Assembly (NCBI GenBank): GCA_945859975.1
Contig: CAMAPH010000002.1
Coordinates: 96,001-160,000, forward strand
Origin: Chthonomonas calidirosea
GTDB lineage: Bacteria; Armatimonadota; Fimbriimonadia; Fimbriimonadales; Fimbriimonadaceae
Direction of reading: 5' to 3'
Length of the DNA stretch: 64,000 nt
Each line of letters starts with the position of its first letter. Positions within the stretch are counted from its first letter, which is position 1. Position numbers and translations under genes: made by a program. Of the stretch, positions 17,489 through 26,765 are shown piece after piece. The notes beneath the pieces were generated by a model that ran no database searches, was not told where the DNA came from, and saw only the letters and a list, made by a program, of their open reading frames with translations.

Positions 17489-18154
17489 ATGTTTTTCTGC
17501 CTGCGAATCGATGTCGATTACGTTCCGTGGGATACGCCAGATGCGGAGGAGTTTGGGCATGGCGAGCCGGCGATGTTACTGCGAATCTTCGAGTTTGCAA
17601 AGGAGCGAGGCCTGAAGTTCCAGTTCTTCGTTTCCAACCGAGTGATCCGAGCTTTTCCCACTACCGCCGATGCCATTTTGAACGAGGGACATGATCTCGA
17701 TTGGCTCTGCAAGCATCCCGATGATTCCGCCTCCCGCTACGAAGAGGCCCTTGTTCTTCTCCGGGCCATTGGACATTCGCCACGAGGCGTCGCGGTAAAG
17801 CAGGTTTGGCCAGAATCGGCAGCGACCCAGCACTTCGAAGGCATCGAATTCCTCAGCTCCGAAGGGGCCTTTTGCCCAACCGCATGGCGGCACTTTCCGA
17901 TTGAGCTGAAGCAAGCGCGTTCGGCGCAGCAAGCCGGGATGAGTGTTCGGACTTGGACCGATACGGCCAAGAGACTCGTGCGCGACGCTGCGAGCCGTAA
18001 TCGCAACGTGACGATCGCGGTCCGGCCTCAAGCACTTGCTCGTTGGGACCCTCGTCTCACCCACCTCGCCGAAATCGTGGACCTCGCCACCGCCGTGATG
18101 CTGCCCGTGATGACTCTTCGTGAGGCGTTTAGCGTAGCCCAGGCAGATTCATAA
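17489..18154 (+). CDS. polysaccharide deacetylase-like (NodB-type fold) protein
   Basis: LRIDVD...GLKFQFFV...ILNEGHDLDW. Confidence 0.6.
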   Translation: MFFCLRIDVDYVPWDTPDAEEFGHGEPAMLLRIFEFAKERGLKFQFFVSNRVIRAFPTTADAILNEGHDLDWLCKHPDDSASRYEEALVLLRAIGHSPRGVAVKQVWPESAATQHFEGIEFLSSEGAFCPTAWRHFPIELKQARSAQQAGMSVRTWTDTAKRLVRDAASRNRNVTIAVRPQALARWDPRLTHLAEIVDLATAVMLPVMTLREAFSVAQADS

Positions 18155-18593
18155 CCACCGTCCACTCATCGGGCGTTACCGGCATGATGCTGAGGCGCTG
18201 CCCGCGCCGTGTTACGAACATTTCTTCAAGGCCCGTGGTCTGACGCAGCTCCGCGAGGGGCACGACGCGCGAAAATTTCTCAACGAATTCAACGTCTCGA
18301 ACCAGCCATCGCGGGTTGTCTGGCAGGCTCTTCGGGTCGTGGTATTCCGAAGTTGGATCGAACTGCGTGGGATCGGGATAGGCCTCGCTCGAGATTCTTA
18401 GAACTCCGACAATTCCGCTGGGCGCCGAATTCGAATGATAGAAAAACGCAAGGTCTCCGATGGCCATCGAGTCTCGAATAAAGTTGCGAACCGTGTAGTT
18501 TCGGCAACCTTCCCACATTTCAGGCTTGCCCGCCTTCGCGAGATGGTCAATTGAGTAAACGTCCGGCTCGGACTTCATCAGCCAGTAGTTCAT
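18129..18593 (-). CDS. EVE domain protein
   Basis: YWLMKSEPDVYS...WEGCRNY..RNF...FFYHS...RLSIMPV. Confidence 0.95.
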   Translation of the reverse strand: MNYWLMKSEPDVYSIDHLAKAGKPEMWEGCRNYTVRNFIRDSMAIGDLAFFYHSNSAPSGIVGVLRISSEAYPDPTQFDPTSEYHDPKSLPDNPRWLVRDVEFVEKFSRVVPLAELRQTTGLEEMFVTRRGQRLSIMPVTPDEWTVVMNLPGLR

Positions 18594-18645
18594 GAAACAT
18601 ATTGTGCCGACCCGAGCAAAACTCGGATCGGCATATATCACACCA

Positions 18646-18683
18646 GCAGGCTGGTTTATGGCAGGCTGGTTTACGGGAGGCTG
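18646..18683. repeat. short 15-bp tandem repeat (about 2.5 copies) spanning the DUF4097 stop
   Basis: GCAGGCTGGTTTATG GCAGGCTGGTTTACG GGAGGCTG. Confidence 0.7.
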
Positions 18684-19867
18684 ACGTGAACGGCGATGTC
18701 GCCGGTCACCGCGCTGATGTCCAACACGCCGGTGCCTTCGCCGATCCGGCCGGTGATCCGCTGCGCGGTTCGGTGCTCTTCTGACAGCTCACCGCTGAAT
18801 GCGACTTCGCCGTTGAGCGTCGAGATCGAAACCCGAGAATCCGAGTTCGCGGGAATCTCGATGTTCGCATCACCGGACACCGTCCGAATATTGACCGTAC
18901 CGCTGACCGCATTGATGAGCGACACTGCGATGTCCCCGGAAACGGTTTCAAGCGAGATCACCTTGCTTTCCAATCGCTTGGCACTCACATCGCCGCTTGC
19001 GGTTCGAGCACTGACGTTTCCGCGAATGTTCTCCAATGAGACGTCGCCTGACTTGTGCTCGATATTGAGGATCGTCGCCGTTACGTTTGAAACGTGAACA
19101 TTTCCAGAATCGGAACTGACCTCAATTGCGCCATTCAGCCCCGAGAGGTGAATGTCGCCGGATCGACTATTGATGCGTACGCCAGCGCCAGTCTCGTGGA
19201 TGTGGATGTCGCCCGACTCGGCCCGCACTTCGATTGCGGCAAAGCCGTTAAGATCGATGTGCAAGTCGACGTTGAGCCCGGTCATATCCGGCTGCTTGAT
19301 CACGACCGCATGGTCGCTCTCCTCGATCGTGAGGGTGTATTGGTCAGCTTTTGCCTTCGCGTCATCAAGTGACGCGCCCCGAATTGAGGCTTCGGCTCGA
19401 ACGTTTCCGATCTCCTTTCCGCCATGGATATGGATGTCGCCAATCGGATTCTCGATCCGAAGCACCTTGCCGGTTGGAACCATCAACGGCAGGTCGATGC
19501 TCTTGTGCTCACTCGTTCCCAGCCAGCCAAGATTGACCGATCCCTTCGAAATGTCATCGATCGTCTCGCGAACGATATCTCGGCCACGCTTGGCGCCTTC
19601 GTTCATCTTTCGGCCAAGATCGGCCCAGTCAATGGACTCGGTCTTTTCACGCGCCATCCTCTCAAGGTCTTGGAAGAACCCAGAGATCTGATCTACGGGT
19701 GGCTTCGGGGCATCGGGCGGAGGAGGAGGAGTGCCCGCATCAGGAGCCACACGTTCGGTTTCGGTGCGTTCTCCCTGCATCAACGCCTCGATCAAATCGG
19801 CCGCTTCATCTGCGGTTAAAGCACCATCGGCTACGAGTTGGTTGATTTTTCGAATTTGTTCTTTCAT
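18671..19867 (-). CDS. DUF4097 beta-strand repeat protein with N-terminal SHOCT-like helix (YvlB/LiaX-like)
   Basis: GALTADEAADLIEAL followed by many SGD[IV] repeats. Confidence 0.85.
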   Translation of the reverse strand: MKEQIRKINQLVADGALTADEAADLIEALMQGERTETERVAPDAGTPPPPPDAPKPPVDQISGFFQDLERMAREKTESIDWADLGRKMNEGAKRGRDIVRETIDDISKGSVNLGWLGTSEHKSIDLPLMVPTGKVLRIENPIGDIHIHGGKEIGNVRAEASIRGASLDDAKAKADQYTLTIEESDHAVVIKQPDMTGLNVDLHIDLNGFAAIEVRAESGDIHIHETGAGVRINSRSGDIHLSGLNGAIEVSSDSGNVHVSNVTATILNIEHKSGDVSLENIRGNVSARTASGDVSAKRLESKVISLETVSGDIAVSLINAVSGTVNIRTVSGDANIEIPANSDSRVSISTLNGEVAFSGELSEEHRTAQRITGRIGEGTGVLDISAVTGDIAVHVSLP

Positions 19868-20259
19868 CGGAGTTCCTGTAATCTTCGCTTTGCCTCTTGA
19901 GCCGACAGTTCGCCGTTCTCAAGCTGCTCGATAATTCGTCGTTTTTCATCCACAATCGCTTCCCGGCGGTTCTCTTGCTGGGGCGGGTGTAGGTCAAGTG
20001 CGGCAAGCAAGGCATCGAGTCGCCCGCGCACGGTTGGGTAGCTGATGCCAAGCTCCTTCTCTACGTGGCTGAGCATTCCGCGGCACTTCAGGAATGCTTC
20101 CAAGAATTGAACGTGCTCGGGCTCAAGCTTCGCATACCTCGGGATCTCGAACTTGCCTCGAATCGTTATCCCGGACTCTTCGCTGGCGAGTTCGCTGATG
20201 TAAAGCTCTCCGCCGGAGACCGGGTCTCGTGGTGGGATGGGATGAAGACTTGACTTCAT
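19864..20259 (-). CDS. DUF2089 domain protein (HTH)
   Basis: FLEAFLKCRGMLSHVEKELGISYPTVRGRLD...LENGELSAQEA. Confidence 0.9.
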   Translation of the reverse strand: MKSSLHPIPPRDPVSGGELYISELASEESGITIRGKFEIPRYAKLEPEHVQFLEAFLKCRGMLSHVEKELGISYPTVRGRLDALLAALDLHPPQQENRREAIVDEKRRIIEQLENGELSAQEAKRRLQELR

Positions 20260-20376
20260 GGTTCTATTATTCTCGTCTTTTTAAATGTTTCACGAGATTT
20301 TAATAAGTTTTTTCAATTTTCGTCTTTAAATTATGAAGTTTTCAGTGAATTCAGGCTCACAAAGTACAATTTGGGC

Positions 20377-21855
20377 ATGGCTAATGCACTGGAGTCCCTG
20401 AAGGACCGATTGTTCGATGTGAACGCGCTCAACGTCGCGGCGGTAATCATGGACTGGGACCAGCAGACGTATATGCCAAAGCAAGGCTCCGACGCCCGTG
20501 CCGAACACATGAGCATCTTGAGCCGAATGGCCCACGAGATGTTCGTGGCCGACGACACGCAGCGCTGGACGGAGTCTGCCCAGCCGACTTCCGAAGACGA
20601 TGAAGCCCTGATTCGGATCGTCAAGCGGCAACTCCTTTTAAAAACTAAGTTGCCAAGTCGGTTGGTCGAAGAAAAAATGAAAGCATCCGTGCTTGGCCAT
20701 GAAGCATGGGTGAACGCCAGAGCCAACAACGACTTCAACGCATTCGCTCCAGTTTTGGAGAAGCTGTTTGATCTCTCCCGTGAAGAAGCGGAATGCTACG
20801 GCTATTCCGATGACATCTACACTGCTCTTCTCGATATCTACGAAGAGGGTGCCACCGCGGGCGAGGTCCGGTCCATGTTCGACGCCATCAAGGGTCCACA
20901 AGTTGAGCTCGTAAAGGCCATCGCCGCTCAGGGTCCAGTGGATGACTCCTTCCTCCACGGCGAATGGGACACCGCTGCGCAGCAGAAACTCACGCTCCAC
21001 TACGTAAAGGCCATTGGCTTCGACCTTGAAAGAGGTCGGCAGGACACCGCACCACACCCGTTCTGCACCACTTTCTCGGTGAACGATGTCCGGCTTACGA
21101 CCCGGTTCAAGCCGTACCTGCCAAGCAGCATTTTCGGCTCTTTGCACGAAGCAGGCCACGGACTTTATGAGCAGGGCTCGCCTAAGGCTTGGGACCGCAC
21201 ACCGCTCGCTGGCGGAGTTTCGCTGGGAGTTCACGAGAGCCAGTCTCGGCTTTGGGAAAACCTCGTTGGCCGATCCCCCGCCTTCTGGGAATGGGGCTAT
21301 GGCGACCTTCAGAATGCCTTCCCGGCCCTGAAAGACCACTCGCTCGACAAGTTCCTCAAGGCGGTAAATCGCGTGCAGCCATCGTTCATCCGCGTGGAAG
21401 CAGACGAGCTGACCTACAACCTTCACATCATCATTCGGTTTGAAATCGAAAGCGCCGTTCTGAAGGGTGAGTTGGCGGTCAAAGACATTCCGGATGCATG
21501 GAACGCGAAGTACGAAGAGTATCTCGGTATCACGCCGAAGACCGACTCCGAGGGCTGCCTCCAAGACGTCCACTGGTCAATGGGCTCGATCGGCTACTTC
21601 CCTACCTACACCATGGGCAACCTACTGAGCTACCAGATTTGGGCTGCGATGCAGGCTGATCTCGGCGATCTCGATGCGCTCATCGCGGTCGGCGACTTTG
21701 CTCCGATCCTGAACTGGCTGCAGACCAAGATCTACCGACAGGGCAGCAAGTTCCCGCCGAAGGAACTGATCGCTTCGGTGACCGGCAAGCCAATGGGCGC
21801 CGAGGATTACCTAGCCGGCCTGGGTGCAAAGTACCGGAATCTGTACGGGATCTGA
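20377..21855 (+). CDS. carboxypeptidase M32 (Taq family)
   Basis: WDQQTYMP, HPF, HEAGH, HESQS, IRVEADE, GCLQDVHW, GYFPTY. Confidence 0.96.
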   Translation: MANALESLKDRLFDVNALNVAAVIMDWDQQTYMPKQGSDARAEHMSILSRMAHEMFVADDTQRWTESAQPTSEDDEALIRIVKRQLLLKTKLPSRLVEEKMKASVLGHEAWVNARANNDFNAFAPVLEKLFDLSREEAECYGYSDDIYTALLDIYEEGATAGEVRSMFDAIKGPQVELVKAIAAQGPVDDSFLHGEWDTAAQQKLTLHYVKAIGFDLERGRQDTAPHPFCTTFSVNDVRLTTRFKPYLPSSIFGSLHEAGHGLYEQGSPKAWDRTPLAGGVSLGVHESQSRLWENLVGRSPAFWEWGYGDLQNAFPALKDHSLDKFLKAVNRVQPSFIRVEADELTYNLHIIIRFEIESAVLKGELAVKDIPDAWNAKYEEYLGITPKTDSEGCLQDVHWSMGSIGYFPTYTMGNLLSYQIWAAMQADLGDLDALIAVGDFAPILNWLQTKIYRQGSKFPPKELIASVTGKPMGAEDYLAGLGAKYRNLYGI

Positions 21856-22106
21856 CCGGTCGGACGGTCGAGGGTTTTGAATTTCTCACACTTCTTCGAG
21901 TCCCGGTGATCCGAAACTTGAAGAAGTGTGATATCTTTTTCTTGGATTGGCGGGAAACTCCGGTCTTGCCTGCGCTCGACGTTGAGCCAGGCTAAGCAAT
22001 CCCTCTGCGGCCGATTTTCAGCCAAAGATTCGTTCGGTTTCTGCTTCCGAACGTTCAAGTAAGCGAGTAGATCACATTCAAACCTGCTTCCTTGGTTTAA
22101 TGAACT

Positions 22107-24065
22107 ATGCTCAAATCCACCCTGTTGGATGCCCTACAAGATCGCGTGCTCATTTATGACGGCGCGATGGGGACGCAGATCCAAGGGTCGAACCTGACCG
22201 ATGCCGACTTCATTCTCCGGCCGGAGCATGGCCACTCTCCTGCCCTGGCGGCTGCCGCCGAGCGACTGAATGGCACTTTGCTGGATGGCTGCAACGAAAT
22301 CCTCAGCATCACCCGGCCCGAAGTCATTCGCAATATCCACGCGGCGTACTTTGCGGCGGGTTCTGATCTGGTGGAAACCAACACGTTTGGTGGAACCTCG
22401 ATTGTCCTTGCCGAATACGACATTCCCGAACTCGTTTATGACCTGAGCCTGGCGAGCGCTCGAATCGCAAAAGAAGCAGCGATCGCCGCGAGTACCACCG
22501 CCAAGCCACGATGGGTTGTTGGAGCTTTGGGTCCAGGCACGAAGCTGATCTCGCTCGGCCAGACCACTTGGGAAGAACTAGAGGAAACCTACAAAACGGG
22601 ATTCGTTGGACTCATCGAGGGTGGCGCGGATGCGCTGCTTCTGGAAACTCTCCAAGACTTGCTGATGGTGAAGGCCGGGGTTGTCGCGGCCGAGAAGGCG
22701 ATGGCCGAGACTGGCAAGCGCCTTCCCCTCTTTGTCCAAGTCACGATGGAGCAGACCGGAACCATGCTCCTCGGCTCCGAAATCGGCGCCGCCCTCAACA
22801 TGCTGGAGGCATTCCCGAGCGTCGTCAGCTTCGGCATGAACTGCGCGACTGGCCCGGTCGAAATGGCTCCTCACGTCCGATTCCTTGGTCAGAACTCGAC
22901 CCGCCCAATCGCCATTCAGCCCAACGCGGGACTACCGCAAATGGAAGCTGGGCGAGCGGTTTACAAGCTGAGTCCTGACGATCTTGCTGGCCACCACGAC
23001 CGGTTCGTTTCTGAAATGGGAGTCGCCCTCTGCGGCGGCTGTTGCGGCACGACACCTGCACACCTCAAGGCGGTGGCCGATGCCGTCGGCGGTCGCCGGC
23101 ATCAGGACAACGCACACTGGCAAAAGAGCCGAGCCGTGTTTCCCGGATTCGATTTTGAGATTAAGCAACCCGAGCAGGCCGATGCGTTTGCCCTCGTCGG
23201 GTGCTCGTCGCTCTACCAATTCCAGCCGTACGTTCAAGACAACAGCTACCTGATCATCGGCGAAAAGACAAACGCCAATGGTTCGCGTGCCTTCCGCGAC
23301 ATGCTGGCAGCGGAGAACTGGGATGGCCTGACGGAGCTCGCTCGGGAACTGGAGGGCGAAGGCTCGCACATTCTTGACGTGTGTGCCGCCTACGTTGGTC
23401 GCGACGAAGTTAGGGACATGAAGTCTTTGCTGGCCAACTACAACCAGCACATCACGGTGCCGATCATGATCGACTCGACCGAGGTTCCGGTGATGGAAGC
23501 GTCGCTTCAGGCATTGGCAGGCAAGCCGATCATCAACTCGATCAACTTTGAGGACGGTGATGACCGTGCCCGAAAGGTTCTGGGCTTAGCGCGAAAGTAC
23601 GGCGCCGGCGTGGTTGCGCTGACGATCAACGAAGACGGCATGGCCAAAACCGCCGAGAAGAAGTTGGAGATCACGGACCGACTGATCGCCCTGACTCGCG
23701 AGTTCGGATTGCCCGACCACGATGTCTTCATCGATACTCTCACCTTCACTTTGGGTTCGGGCGACGAAGAATTCCGCACCGCAGCCATTGAAACGATTGA
23801 GGCCATCAAGGGGGTTAAGGAGCGGTACCCGAGGGTGAACCTGACGCTTGGCGTTAGCAACATCAGCTTCGGCCTCAAGCCCGCTTCGCGGCAGATTCTG
23901 AACAGCGCATTCCTGCACTTTGCCCGTGAAGCTGGGCTAACGAGTGCCATCGTCCACTTCAGCAAAATCCTTCCGGACAACCGGATTCATCCCGACATCT
24001 GGAAAATCGCTTCGGACCTCGTCTTCGATCGTCGCGAGTTTGCCGAAGCACCCGTCGAAGCATAA
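22107..24065 (+). CDS. metH: B12-dependent methionine synthase, N-terminal half (homocysteine- and folate/pterin-binding domains only)
   Basis: DGAMGTQIQ, GMNCATGP, GGCCGTTP, IGEKTNANGS, GVSNISFG; ends before the cobalamin-binding domain. Confidence 0.9.
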   Translation: MLKSTLLDALQDRVLIYDGAMGTQIQGSNLTDADFILRPEHGHSPALAAAAERLNGTLLDGCNEILSITRPEVIRNIHAAYFAAGSDLVETNTFGGTSIVLAEYDIPELVYDLSLASARIAKEAAIAASTTAKPRWVVGALGPGTKLISLGQTTWEELEETYKTGFVGLIEGGADALLLETLQDLLMVKAGVVAAEKAMAETGKRLPLFVQVTMEQTGTMLLGSEIGAALNMLEAFPSVVSFGMNCATGPVEMAPHVRFLGQNSTRPIAIQPNAGLPQMEAGRAVYKLSPDDLAGHHDRFVSEMGVALCGGCCGTTPAHLKAVADAVGGRRHQDNAHWQKSRAVFPGFDFEIKQPEQADAFALVGCSSLYQFQPYVQDNSYLIIGEKTNANGSRAFRDMLAAENWDGLTELARELEGEGSHILDVCAAYVGRDEVRDMKSLLANYNQHITVPIMIDSTEVPVMEASLQALAGKPIINSINFEDGDDRARKVLGLARKYGAGVVALTINEDGMAKTAEKKLEITDRLIALTREFGLPDHDVFIDTLTFTLGSGDEEFRTAAIETIEAIKGVKERYPRVNLTLGVSNISFGLKPASRQILNSAFLHFAREAGLTSAIVHFSKILPDNRIHPDIWKIASDLVFDRREFAEAPVEA

Positions 24066-24096
24066 AAAATGCCCTCGGTCAAAGACCGAGGGCAAA
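24064..24096. terminator. terminator hairpin between convergent genes
   Basis: AAAAAA-TGCCCTCGGTC-aaa-GACCGAGGGCA. Confidence 0.75.
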
Positions 24097-24121
24097 CGGG
24101 CAATGGCCCTAACTCAGTTGA

Positions 24122-24907
24122 TCAGTCTCGGGTGTCGAAGCAGAAAGCGATCACTCGATCGGAGCCTCGGAAAGCTCCGTAAAGGGTAAGCGCCCCAGTT
24201 GCTAGGTCGATCTGGTGGATCGTGCTTGAGCTTGAGCCCGGAAGGTTCACAACGATGAAGCCGCGGTTCTTGCCGCTTCGGCTGTAAATATCAAAGCTCG
24301 TTCTGTCGTCCAGGTCGACGCCAAGGTTTGCAACCACGGTCAGGGTGCCATCATTGGGTGGACTCTGGAGAACGAGGGCATCGAGTTCGGAATCGATGTT
24401 ATAGAGAGCGGTCGAAGTTGCACCAGCGAAGCTATTGGTGTAGGCCGAAGCGACGATGTTCGGCGCGGTTGCGGTACCGAAGGAAAGGGTTCCATCGATG
24501 AGGGCAACGCCGGTTTCAACGTTTACGCGCAGGTTCTGGTTCTGCGTGCTGGTGATCCGAAGTCGGTCTGGGACCGGATTGAAGTCAACTCCGAACTTGG
24601 AGCCGTTCAGCATCGTCGAGATCAGCGAAGCCGGGGTTGCGTTTGCGGTGAGCGGGTTGATGGTGTACAGGTTGCCGAAGCTACCGACGCCGTAGACCAT
24701 GCCGGTGGCCGGTCGCGAATCGATTCCAACGATCTTTTCATTCGGAGCAAGACCGGTAATCGCCAAGGTGTAGTAAGGCGATTGAGGTGACGTATGCTCA
24801 AAGGAAACAAAGTTTCCAGATTCCGTGACCGCGTAGGAACGAACGGCGTGAGCGCTTGCAACAGCAGCTCCAAGAACAACGAAAGCAAGGATCCGATTTG
24901 TTTTCAT
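24122..24907 (-). CDS. DUF4394 domain secreted protein
   Basis: IVGIDSRPATG..YG, GVDFNPVPDRLR, AYTNS, PPNDGTL. Confidence 0.9.
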   Translation of the reverse strand: MKTNRILAFVVLGAAVASAHAVRSYAVTESGNFVSFEHTSPQSPYYTLAITGLAPNEKIVGIDSRPATGMVYGVGSFGNLYTINPLTANATPASLISTMLNGSKFGVDFNPVPDRLRITSTQNQNLRVNVETGVALIDGTLSFGTATAPNIVASAYTNSFAGATSTALYNIDSELDALVLQSPPNDGTLTVVANLGVDLDDRTSFDIYSRSGKNRGFIVVNLPGSSSSTIHQIDLATGALTLYGAFRGSDRVIAFCFDTRD

Positions 24908-25065
24908 AAGAATCTCCAGCAAGCTGGGCATTTTGATTATAACCTTAATTGCTCTTTTGTGCGCACTTTTTTACTTTCGTGCCTTGTTTTTGATCTTTTT
25001 CAACATCTAGTCGGAGTGAGGGTTTTTTCGATGCGCTTGGGGTATCCTTTCTTGTTCACGACGTT

Positions 25066-25350
25066 ATGGCAAACCTGAAGTCAAGCAAGAAGGATATGCG
25101 ACGAAGCCGACGAAAGTCGCTCGTCAACAAGTCGGTCAAGAGCGCGCTCAAGACCTACATCAAGAAAGTTAAGGTCGCGGCCGCAGTTGCCGCTCCGGAT
25201 GCTGACGCGATTCAGAGCGCCCTTACCCTCGCGGTGAAGGCACTGGACAAGGCTGCTCAGAACGGAACGATCCACAAGAACCAGGCGGCACGCCGAAAGA
25301 GCCGAATTGCCAAGGCTGCAAACGCTGCCAAAGCTAAGCTCGCTGCCTAA
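25066..25350 (+). CDS. rpsT: 30S ribosomal protein S20
   Basis: MANLKSSKK...LDKAAQNGTIHKNQAARRKSR. Confidence 0.97.
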   Translation: MANLKSSKKDMRRSRRKSLVNKSVKSALKTYIKKVKVAAAVAAPDADAIQSALTLAVKALDKAAQNGTIHKNQAARRKSRIAKAANAAKAKLAA

Positions 25351-25361
25351 ATTCACTTTCT

Positions 25362-25398
25362 AAAGCCCTCGATGAGATAACTCATCGAGGGCTTTTTT
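25362..25398. terminator. bidirectional intrinsic terminator
   Basis: AAAGCCCTCGATGAG-ataa-CTCATCGAGGGCTTTTTT. Confidence 0.88.
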
Positions 25399-25402
25399 AC
25401 GC

Positions 25403-26077
25403 CTACTTGATCTCGACGGCTTCGAGTTCGAACACGAGGGTTGCGTCCGGTGGAATGACCCCGCCGGCACCCTGCGAACCATAACCCAAAGTTGGTGGGA
25501 TTGTGACCGTGCGCTTTTCGCCCTTGCGCATGCCGAGAATTCCTTGCTCGAATCCAGGAATGACTTGCTGCGCGCCAAGTTTCACGGCTATCGGCTCGCC
25601 GCGAGTGTAGCTTGAATCAAACTGCTTGCCACCCTTAAGCGTGCCCTTATAGTGAATCTTGACATCCGAACCGACAACGGCTGCTGGACCAGATCCCTTC
25701 TTTGTAACCTTGAACGTTGCTCGCTCGATCGCTTTAAGCGTCACATCAAACAGCAAAGTTGAATTCGCCGGGATGTCGCCCTGAGCTTGGTCACGATAGC
25801 CCATCTCCGGCGGAATACGAAGGCTTCTCTTGCCGCCAACTTTCATACCGGCCACTCCCTTATCCCAGCCCTCGATTACCTGACCGACTCCGAGGCGGAA
25901 CCGGAACGGGGCACGGCCGATGCTGGAATCAAACTTCTTGCCGTTTGTGAGGGTGCCGGTGTAATCCACCACCACAAAGTCCAGCGCCTGAGCCGCTTGG
26001 CCGCTGCCTACCTTAACGTCCTTCACTACCATCTTCTCTGCGCTCATCATCGCAATTGCCGCAACCGTGGCTAACAT
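25403..26077 (-). CDS. FKBP-type peptidyl-prolyl isomerase with two FKBP domains
   Basis: Twice Y.GTL..G..FDSS...VI.G...G..GM..G.KR...IPP..GY. Confidence 0.93.
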   Translation of the reverse strand: MLATVAAIAMMSAEKMVVKDVKVGSGQAAQALDFVVVDYTGTLTNGKKFDSSIGRAPFRFRLGVGQVIEGWDKGVAGMKVGGKRSLRIPPEMGYRDQAQGDIPANSTLLFDVTLKAIERATFKVTKKGSGPAAVVGSDVKIHYKGTLKGGKQFDSSYTRGEPIAVKLGAQQVIPGFEQGILGMRKGEKRTVTIPPTLGYGSQGAGGVIPPDATLVFELEAVEIK

Positions 26078-26134
26078 GCTGGCAGGGTACCCGTCGATAT
26101 TCTCACTGCGTTCCCTCGAAGATATACTGACCGA

Positions 26135-26740
26135 GTGCGGAAATGGATGCCTCTGCTCGGATGGATTGCCTTGTTCTCGGCAGCAAGCGGCCAAACGGCG
26201 GTTCCACAAGGTTCAACCCCGACCGAAACGCTGAACCAATACGATGACCCCGTAGTGCGGCGTACCGTTTCGCTGGCTGGAAACTATTCCGTCACCGAAA
26301 TTCTCGACTTCATGAAGTCGTTTAGCGTCAACTTCGTCGTCCCGGCACGAACGGACCTCGATACGTTCCGGCTTCGTCTGAACATCCAAGACAAGCCTCT
26401 GCGCGACATCATGGTTTGCGTTTCGACCGCGATGAACGGCACTTGGATTTATCAAGCCGGGATTTACATCTTGCGGCTACCCGGCACTGACCTTGTTCGC
26501 ACGGCCGCACCGGCGCCAAAGTCGCCCAATCCCAACGCGATTCTGCCTAAGCTGTCCGACGACGAATTCACGCGACTTCGCGAAGCCGCGGAACAAATGA
26601 AGGCGAAGCCACCAACGCCGAAGCCGGCTCCCGCCCCCAAGGTCGCGCCGAAGAAAGTGACCACAAAGAAGCCGACCACGCGAAAGCCAACGGTAAGAAG
26701 AACTTCGTCGAAGCGAAAGAGATCATCCTCGCGGCGTTAA
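26135..26740 (+). CDS. secreted protein with one STN-like domain and a Lys/Arg/Pro-rich tail
   Basis: Signal peptide; VNFVV...LNIQDKPLRDIM...GIYIL. Confidence 0.6.
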   Translation: MRKWMPLLGWIALFSAASGQTAVPQGSTPTETLNQYDDPVVRRTVSLAGNYSVTEILDFMKSFSVNFVVPARTDLDTFRLRLNIQDKPLRDIMVCVSTAMNGTWIYQAGIYILRLPGTDLVRTAAPAPKSPNPNAILPKLSDDEFTRLREAAEQMKAKPPTPKPAPAPKVAPKKVTTKKPTTRKPTVRRTSSKRKRSSSRR

Positions 26741-26765
26741 GCGCCGTTCCGGGTAACACCGGCAA

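Noticed and set aside
20262..20345. AT-rich TTTAA/TTTCA repeats as a DUF2089 operator
   Set aside because: Irregular spacing; cannot be separated from ordinary divergent-promoter composition.
21856..22106. SAM or cobalamin riboswitch before metH
   Set aside because: No conserved core seen, and metH looks leaderless.
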